From Malacoraja senta (taxonomy: Eukaryota), in the NCBI GenBank assembly GCA_038087875.1, contig JAXLNO010000508.1, positions 61,736 to 81,735 on the forward strand: a stretch of 20,000 nucleotides of DNA, given 5' to 3'. The translations under genes were made by a program, and so were the position numbers. The notes beneath the pieces were generated by a model. It saw only the letters and a program-made list of their open reading frames with translations, was not told the origin of the DNA and ran no database searches. This document shows positions 10,596-20,000 of the stretch, piece after piece (position 1 is the stretch's first letter; each line of letters starts with the position of its first letter).

Positions 10596-11653
10596 AGATA
10601 CATAGATACATAGAATATAGGTGCAGGAGTAGGCCATTCGGCCCTTCGAGCCTGCACCGCCATTCAATATGATCATGGCTGATCATCCAACTCAGTATCC
10701 CGTACATGCCTTCTCTCCATACCCCCTGATCCCTTTAGCCACAAGGGCCACATCTAACTCTCTCTTAAATATAGCCAATGAACTGGCCTCAACTACCCTC
10801 TGTGGCAGAGAGTTCCAGAGATTCACCACTCGCTGTGTGAAAACATTTTTCCTCATCTCGGTCTTAAAGGATTTCCCCCTTATCCTTAAGCTGTGACCCC
10901 TTGTCCTGGACTTCCCCAACATCGGGAACAATCTTCCTGCATCTAGCCTGTCCAACCCCATAAGAATTGTGTACGTTTCTATAAGATCCCCTCTCAATCT
11001 CCTAAATTCTAGGGAGTATAAGCCAAGTCTATCCAGTCTTTCTTCATATGAAAGTCCTGACATCCCAGGAATCAGTCTGGTGAACCTTCTCTGCACTCCA
11101 TCTACGGCTATAATGTCCTTCCTCAGATTTGGAGACCAAAACTGTACGCAATACTCCAGGTGTGGTCTCACCAAGACCCTGTACAACTGCAGTAGAACCT
11201 CCCTGCTCCTATACTCAAATCCTCTTGCTATGAAAGCCAAAATACCATTAGCTTTCTTCACTGCCTGCTGCAGCTGCATGCCTACTTTCAATGACTGGTG
11301 TACCATGACACCCAGGTCTCGCTGCACCTCCCCATTTCCTAATCGGCCACCATTTAGATAATAGTCTGCCTTCCCGTTTTTGCCACCAAAGTGGATAACC
11401 TCACATTTATCCACATTATACTGCATCTGCCAAACATTTCCCACTCACCCAGCCTATCCAAGTCACCTTGCAGTCTCCTAGCATCCTCCTCACAGCTAAC
11501 ACTGCCCCCAGCTTAGTGTCATCCGCAAACTTGGAGATGTTGCTTTCAATTCCCTCGTCCAGATCATTAATATAAATTGTAAATAGCTGGGGTCCCAGCA
11601 CTGAGCCTTGCGGTACCCCACTAGTCACTGCCTGCCATTGTGAAAAGGACCAG
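10593..11653 (-). mobile_element. 5'-truncated, frameshifted CR1-clade LINE inserted in the satellite
   Basis: Minus strand encodes RT motifs [14 protein letters not shown] and FADD (11529-11518), then the same C-terminus as the 2284-2968 copy; two apparent 1-nt deletions near 11507 and 11439; same 3' stem-loop and (TATCTATG)n tail at 10593-10615. Confidence 0.96.
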
Positions 11654-14600
11654 TTTTCAAACCAAACCACCATTTCCATTTTCAAACCAAACCACCATTT
11701 GCATTTTCAAACCAAACCACCATTTGCATTTTCAAACCAAACCACCGAACCCCCTTTTTCATTTTCAAACGGAACCACCTTTTGCATTTTCAGGATACTT
11801 TTTGCATTTTCGAAGCAAACCTTTTGCATTTTCAAAGCAAATCTTTGCATTTTCAAAGCAAACCATTTGCATTTTCAAAGCAAACATTTTGCATTTTCAA
11901 AGCAAACCACCTTTTGCATTTTCAGACCAAACCACCTTTTGCATTTTTAAAGCAAACCACCCTTTGTATTTTCAAAGCAAACCGCATTTTGCATTTTCAA
12001 AGCATACTACCTTTTGTATTTTCAAAGCAAACCACCATTTGCATTTTCAAAGCAAACCTTTTGTATTTTCAAAGCAAACCTTTTGCATTTTCAAAGCAAA
12101 ACACCATTTGCATTTTCAAAGCAACCCACCTTTAGCATTTTTAAAGCAAACCACCTTTTGCATTTTCAAAGCAAACCACCATTTGCATTTTCAAACAAAA
12201 CCACCATTTGCATTTTCAAACCAAACCACCATTTACATATTCAAACCAATCCACCATTTGCATTTTCAAACCAAACCTTTAGCATTTTCGAACCAATCCA
12301 CCATTTGCATTTTCAAACCAAACCAGCATTTGCATTTTCAAACCAAACCATCATTTGCATTTTCAAACCAAACCATCATTTCCATTTTCAAACCAAACCA
12401 CCATTTGCATTTTCAAACCAAACCACCATTTGCATTTTCAAACCAAACCACCATTTGCATTTTCAAACCAAACCACCGAACCCCCTTTTTCATTTTCAAT
12501 CGGAACCACCTTTTGCATTTTCAGGATACTTTTTGCATTTTCGAAGCAAACCTTTTGCATTTTCAAAGCAAATCTTTGCATTTTCAAAGCAAACCATTTG
12601 CATTTTCAAAGCAAACATTTTGCATTTTCAAAGCAAACACCTTTTGCATTTTCAGACCAAACCACCTTTTGCATTTTTAAAGCAAACCACCCTTTGTATT
12701 TTCAAAGCAAACTGCATTTTGCATTTTCAAAGCATACTACCTTTTGTATTTTCAAAGCAAACCACCATTTGCATTCTCAAAGCAAACCTTTTGTATTTTC
12801 AAAGCAAACCTTTTGCATTTTCAAAGCAAAACACCATTTGCATTTTCAAAGCAAACCACCTTTAGCATTTTTAAAGCAAACCACCTTTTGCATTTTCAAA
12901 GCAAACCACCATTTGCATTTTGAAACAAAACCACCATTTGCATTTTCAAACCAAACCACCATTTACATTTTCAAACCAATCCACCATTTGCATTTTCAAA
13001 CCAAACCATCATTTGCATTTTCAAACCAAAGCACCATTTGCATTTTCAAACCAAACCTCCTTTTACATTTTCAAACCGAACCCCCTTCTGCATTTTCAAA
13101 CCGAACCTCCTTTTACATTTTCAAAGCAAACATTTTGCATTTTCAAAGTAAACCTTTTGCATTTTTAAAGCAAACATTTGCATTTTGAAAACAAACCATT
13201 TGCATTTTCAAAGCACACATTTTGCATTTTCAAAGCACCTTTTGAATTTTCAAAGCAAACCGCCTTTCGCATTTTCAAAGCAAACTGCCTTTTGCATTTT
13301 CAAAGCAAACAGCCTTTTGTATTTTCAAAGCAAACCGCCTTTTGCATTTTCAAAGCAAACCACCTTTTGTATTTTCAAAGCAAACCACATGTTGCATTTT
13401 CAAAGCAAACAACATTTTGCATTTTCAAAGCAAACCACCTTTTGCATTTTGCAAAGCAAACCACCTTTTGTATGAAGCAAACCACCTTTTGCATTTTCAC
13501 AGCAAACAACTTTTGCATTTTCAAAGCAAAGCACCTTTGGCATTTTCAAAGCAAACCTTTTGTATTTTCAAAGCAAACCTGTTGCATTATCAAAGCAAAA
13601 CACCATTTGCATTTTCAAAGCAAACTACCGTTAGCATTTTTAAAGCACACCACCTTTTGCATTTTCAACCCACTCCTTCTGCATTTTCAAACCAAACCTT
13701 TAGCATTTTCGAACCAATCCACCATTTGCATTTTCAAACCAAACCAGCATTTGCATTTTCAAACCAAACCATCATTTGCATTTTCAAACCAAACCACCAT
13801 TTCCATTTTCAAACCAAACCACCGAACCCCCTTTTTCATTTTCAAATGGAACCACCTTTTGCATTTTCAGGATACTTTTTGCATTTTCGAAGCAAACGTT
13901 TTGCATTTTCCAAGCAAATCTTTGCATTTTCAAAGCAAATCTTTGCATTTTCAAAGTAAACCATTTGCATTTTCAAAGCAAACATTTTGCATTTTCAAAG
14001 CAAACCACCTTTTGCATTTTCAGACCAAACCACCTTTTGCATTTTTAAAGCAAACCACCCTTTGTATTTTCAAAGCAAACCACATTTTGCATTTTCAAAG
14101 CATACTACCCTTTGTATTTTCAAAGCAAACCACCATTATCATTTTCAAAGTAAACCTTTTGTATTTTCAAAGCAAACCTTTTGCATTTTCAAAGCAAAAT
14201 ACCATTTGCATTTTCAAAGCAAACCACCTTTAGCATTTTTAAAGCAAACCACCTTTTGCATTTTCAAAGCAAACCACCATTTGCATTTTCAAACAAAACT
14301 ACCATTTGCATTTTCAAACCAAACCACCATTTACATTTTCAAACCAATCCACCATTTGCATTTTCAAACCAAACCATAATTTCCATTTTCAAACCAAAGC
14401 ACCATTTGCATTTTCAAACCGAACCTCCTTTTACATTTTCAAAGCAAACATTTTGCATTTTCAAAGTAAACCTTTTGCATTTTCAAAGCAAACCACCTTT
14501 TGCATTTTCAGACCAAACCACCTTTTGCATTTTTAAAGCAAACCACCCTTTGTATTTTCAAAGCAAACCACATTTTGCATTTTCAAAGCATACTACCTTT

Positions 14601-17600
14601 TGTATTTTCAAAGCAAACCACCATTATCATTTTCAAAGTAAACCATTTGTATTTTCAAAGCAAACCTTTTGCATTTTCAAAACAAAATACCATTTGCATT
14701 TTCAAAGCAAACCACCTTTAGCATTTTTAAAGCAAACCACCTTTTGCATTTTCAAAGCAAACCACCATTTGCATTTTCAAACAAAACTACCATTTGCATT
14801 TTCAAACCAAACCACCATTTACATTTTCAAACCAATCCACCATTTGCATTTTCAAACCAAACCATCATTTGCATTTTCAAACCAAACCACCATTTGCATT
14901 TTCAAACCAAACCTCCTTTTACATTTTCAAACCGAACCCCCTTTTGCACTTTCAAAGCAAACCGCCTTTCGCATTTTCAAAGCAAACTGCCTTTTGCATT
15001 TTCAAAGCAAACCGCCTTTTGCATTTTCAAATCCATCCTTTTGCATTTTCAAAGCAAACCACCGTTAGCATTTTTAAAGCAAACCACCGTTTGCATTTTC
15101 AAAGCAAATTTGTTTTCCATTTTCGAAGCAAACCGCCATTTGCCTTTTCGAAGCAGACCGCCATTTGCATTTTCGAAGCAAACCATCTTTTGCATTTGCA
15201 AAGCAAACCACCTTTTTTCATTTTCAAAGCAAACCACCTTTTGCATTTTCAAAGCAAAACATTTTTCGCATTTTCAAAGCAAACCAACTTTTGCATTTTC
15301 AACCCAATCCTTTTGCATTTTCAAACCAAACCTTTAGCATTTTCGAACCAATCCACCATTTGCATTTTCAAACCAAACCAGCATTTGCATTTTCAAACCA
15401 AACCATCATTTGCATTTTCAAACCAAACCACCATTTGCATTTTCAAACCAAACCACCGAACCCCCTTTTTCATTTTCAAACGGAACCACCTTTTGCATTT
15501 TCAGGATACTTTTTGCATTTTCGAAGCAAACCTTTTGCATTTTCAAAGCAAATCTTTGCATTTTCAAAGCAAATCTTTGCATTTTCAAAGCAAACCATTT
15601 GCATTTTCAAAGCAAACCACCTTTTGCATTTTCAGACCAAACCACCTTTTGCATTTTTAAAGCAAACCACCCTTTGTATTTTCAAAGCAAACCACATTTT
15701 GCATTTTCAAAGCATACTACCTTTTGTATTTTCAAAGCAAACCACCATTATCATTTTCAAAGTAAACCTTTTGTATTTTCAAAGCAAACCTTTTGCATTT
15801 TCAAAGCAAAATACCATTTGCATTTTCAAAGCAATCCACCTTCAGCATTTTTAAAGCAAACCACCTTTTGCATTTTCAAAGCAAACCACCATTTGCATTT
15901 TCAACAAAAACTACCATTTGCATTTTCAAACCAAACCACCATTTACATTTTCAAACCAATCCACCATTTGCATTTTCAAACCAAACCATCATTTCCATTT
16001 TCAAACCAAAGCACCATTTGCATTTTCAAACCAAACCTCCTTTTACATTTCAAACCGAACCCCCTTTTGCATTTTCAAACCGAACCTCCTTTTACATTTT
16101 CAAAGCAAACGTTGTGCATTTTCAAAGTAAACCTTTTGCATTTTTAAAGCAAACATTTTGCATTTTGAAAACAAACCATTTACATTTTCAAAGCAAACAT
16201 TTTGCATTTTCAAAGCACCTTTTGAATTTTCAAAGCAAAGCACCTTTTGCATTTTCAAACCAAACCACATGTTGCACTTTCAAAGCAAACCGCCTTTCGC
16301 ATTTTCAAAGCAAACAACGTTTTGCATTTTCAAAGCAAACCACCTTTTGCATTTTGCAAAGCAAACCACCTTTTGTATGAAGCAAACCACCATTTGCATT
16401 TTCAAAGCAAACCTTTTGTATTTTCAAAGCAAACCTTTTGCATTATCAAAGCAAAACACCATTTGCATTTTCAAAGCAAACTACCGTTAGCATTTTTAAA
16501 GCAAAGCACCGTTTGCATTTTCAAAGCAAAAATGTTTTCCATTGTCGAAGCAAACCGCCATTTGCCTTTTCGAAGCAAACCGCCATTACATTTTCGAAGC
16601 AAACCATCTTTTGCATTTGCAAAGCAAACCACCTTTTGCATTTTCAAAGCAAACCACCTTTTGCATTTTCAAAGCAAAACATCTTCCGCATTTTCAAAGC
16701 AAACCAACTTTTGCATTTTCAACCCAATCCTTTTGCATTTTCAAACCAAAGCTTTAGCATTTTCGAACCAATCCACCATTTGCATTTTCAAACCAAACCA
16801 GCATTTGCATTTTCAAACCAAACCATCATTTGCATTTTCAAACCAAACCATCATTTCCATTTTCAAACCAAACCACCATTTCCATTTTCAAACCAAACCA
16901 CCATTTGCATTTCAAACCAAACCACCATTTTGCATTTTCAAACCAAACCACCGAACCCCCTTTTTCATTTTCAAACGGAACCACCTTTTGCATTTTCAGG
17001 ATACTTTTTGCATTTTCGAAGCAAACCTTTTGCATTTTCCAAAGCAAATCTTTGCATTTTCAAAGCAACCATTTGCATTTTCAAAGCAAACATTTTGCAT
17101 TTTCAAAGCAAACCACCTTTTGCATTTTCAGACCATACCACCTTTTGCATTTTAAAAGCAAACCACCCTTTGTATTTTCAAAGCAAACCGCATTTTGCAT
17201 TTTCAAAGCATACTACCTTTTGTATTTTCAAAGCAAACCACCATTTGCATTTTCGAAGCAAACCTTTTGTATTTCAAAGCAAATCTTTTGCATTTTCAAA
17301 GCAAAACACCATTTGCATTTTCAAAGCAACCCACCTTTAGCATTTTTAAAGCAAACCACCTTTTGCATTTTCAACGCAAACCACCATTTGCATTTTCAAA
17401 CAAAACCACCATTTGCATTTTCAAACCAAACCACCATTTACATATTCAAACCAATCCACCATTTGCATTTTCAAACCAAACCTTTAGCATTTTCGAAACA
17501 ATCCACCATTTGCATTTTCAAACCAAACCAGCATTTGCATTTTCAAACCAAACCATCATTTTGCATTTTCAAACCAAACCATCATTTCCATTTTCAAACC

Positions 17601-20000
17601 AAACCACCATTTGCATTTTCAAACCAAACCACCATTTGCATTTTCAAACCAAACCACCATTTGCATTTTCAAACCAAACCACCGAACCCCCTTTTTCATT
17701 TTCAATCGGAACCATCTTTTGCATTTTCAAACCGAACCTCCTTTTACATTTTCAAAGCAAACATTTTGCATTTTCAAAGTAAACCTTTTGCATGTTTAAA
17801 GCAAACATTTGCATTTTGAAAACAAACCATTTGCATTTTCAAAGCACACATTTTGCATTTTCAAAGCACCTTTTGAATTTTCAAAGCAAACCGCCTTTCG
17901 CATTTTCAAAGCAAACTGCCTTTTGCATTTTCAAAGCAAACAGCCTTTTGCATTTTCAAAGCAACCGCCTTTTGCATTTTCAAAGCAAACCACCTTTTGT
18001 ATTTTCAAAGCAAACCACATGTTGCATTTTCAAAGCAGCAAACAACATTTTGCATTTTCAAAGCAAACCACCTTTTGCATTTTGCAAAGCAAACCACCTT
18101 TTGTATGAAGCAAACCACCTTTTGCATTTTCACAGCAAACAACTTTTGCATTTTCAAAGCAAAGCACCTTTGGCATTTTCAAAGCAAACCACCATTTGCA
18201 TTTTCAAAGCGAACCTTTTGCATTTTCAAATCCATCCTTTTGCATTTTCAAAGCAAACCTTTTGTATTTTCAAAGCAAACCTTTTGCATTATCAAAGCAA
18301 AACACCATTTGCATTTTCAAAGCAAACCACCTTTAGCATTTTTAAAGCAAACCACCGTTTGCATTTTCAAAGCAAATTTGTTTTCCATTTTCGAAGCAAA
18401 CCGCCATTTGCCTTTTCGAAGCAGACCGCCATTTGCATTTTCGAAGCAAACCATCTTTTGCATTTGCAAAGCAAACCACCTTTTGCATTTTCAAAGCAAA
18501 CCACCTTTTGCATTTTCAAAGCAAAACATTTTTCGCATTTTCAAAGCAAACCAACTTTTGCATTTTCAACCCAATCCTTTTGCATTTTCAAACCAAACCT
18601 TTAGCATTTTCGAACCAATCTACCATTTGCATTTTCAAACCAAACCAGCATTTGCATTTTCAAACCAAACCATCATTTGCATTTTCAAACCAAACCACCA
18701 TTTGCATTTTCAAACCAAACCACCGAACCCCCTTTTTCATTTTCAAACGGAACCACCTTTTGCATTTTCAGGATACTTTTTGCATTTTCGAAGCAAACCT
18801 TTTGCATTTTCAAAGCAAATCTTTGCATTTTCAAAGCAAATCTTCGCATTTTCAAAGCAAACCATTTGCATTTTCAAAGCAAACATTTTGCATTTTCAAA
18901 GCAAACCACCTTTTGCATTTTCAGACCAAACCACCTTTTGCATTTTTAAAGCAAACCACCCTTTGTATTTTCAAAGCAAACCACATTTTGCATTTTCAAA
19001 GCATACTACCTTTTGTATTTTCAAAGCAAACCACTATTATCATTTTCAAAGTAAACCTTTTGTATTTTCAAAGCAAACCTTTTGCATTTTCAAAGCAAAA
19101 TACCATTTGCATTTTCAATCCAATCCACCTTTAGCATTTTTAAAGCAAACCACCTTTTGCATTTTCAAAGCAAACCACCATTTGCATTTTCAAACAAAAC
19201 TACCATTTGCATTTTCAAACCAAACCACCATTTACATTTTCAAACCAATCCACCATTTGCATTTTCAAACCAAACCATCATTTCCATTTTCAAACCAAAG
19301 CACCATTTGCATTTTCAAACCAAACCTCCTTTTACATTTTCAAACCGAACCCCCTTTTGCATTTTCAAACCGAACCTCCGTTTACATTTTCAAAGCAAAC
19401 ATTTTGCATTTTCAAAGTAAACCTTTTGCATTTTTAAAGCAAACATTTGCATTTTGAAAACAAACCATTTGCATTTTCAAAGCAAACATTTTGCATTTTC
19501 AAAGCACCTTTTGAATTTTCAAAGCAAAGCACCTTTTGCATTTTCAAACCAAACCACCTGTTGCACTTTCAAAGCAAACCGCCTTTCGCATTTTCAAAGC
19601 AAACAACGTTTTGCATTTTCAAAGCAAACCACCTTTGGCATTTTGCAAAGCAAACCACCTTTTGTATGAAGCAAACCACCTTTTGCATTTTCACAGCAAA
19701 CAACTTTTGCATTTTCAAAGCAAAGCACCTTTGGCATTTTCAAAGCAAACCACCATTTGCATTTTCAAAGCAAACCTTTTGTATTTTCAAAGCAAACCTT
19801 TTGCATTATCAAAGCAAAACACCATTTGCATTTTCAAAGCAAACTACCGTTAGCATTTTTAAAGCAAAGCACCGTTTGCATTTTCAAAGCAAAAATGTTT
19901 TCCATTGTCGAAGCAAACCGCCATTTGCCTTTTCGAAGCAAACCGCCATTTGCATTTTCGAAGCAAACCATCTTTTGCATTTGCAAAGCAAACCACCTTT
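11654..20000 (+). repeat. 25-bp satellite array, right part (runs off the window)
   Basis: Same monomers and orientation as 4317-10595. Confidence 0.98.
14789..20000 (+). repeat. Second copy of a ~9.6-kb tandem unit (matches ~5188-10399)
   Basis: Identical ORF-track entries at offset 9600-9601 (5448/15049, 5564/15165, 6558/16158, 8832/18433, 9935/19536); marker GGATAC at 5903/15504 and 9170/18771. Confidence 0.93.

Noticed and set aside
4281..19853. Dozens of long + strand ORFs (up to 592 aa) with HFQSKPPFAFSKQTTFCIFKANHLL repeats
   Set aside because: The 25-bp consensus lacks stops in all three + frames; ORFs overlap in every frame, mostly use non-ATG starts, and indels are not frame-preserving. 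No evidence of coding selection.
4317..20000. CRISPR-like array
   Set aside because: Monomers are head-to-tail with no unique spacers, no cas genes, and the context is vertebrate LINE-bearing DNA.

Overview
Eukaryotic, repeat-dominated window, most likely from a cartilaginous fish (skate/ray/shark; inferred from the CR1 and Penelope-type repeat sequences, no database check). Left 4.3 kb: a Penelope-type fragment with a minimal hammerhead ribozyme core inside a 47-bp inverted repeat (93-216); a short minus-strand coding exon missed by the ORF track that looks like the N-terminus/TM1 of a GPR139/142-like GPCR (1035-960, with TATA box and GT donor); a 40/35-bp minisatellite interrupted by a 5'-truncated CR1 LINE; a CA-rich microsatellite; a 32-bp tandem repeat; and a motif-rich stretch. 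From about 4317 to the end is a 25-bp satellite (GCATTTTCAAAGCAAACCACCTTTT and variants, roughly 600 monomers by length). It has nested higher-order structure (about 1.4-1.8 kb, 3.3 kb and 9.6 kb) and is interrupted by a second, inverted CR1 fragment (10593-11653). Nearly all long ORFs in the track are translations of repeats, not genes. I see no convincing wholly new gene system; the best leads are the hammerhead, the hidden GPCR exon, the satellite architecture and the shared CR1 junctions.
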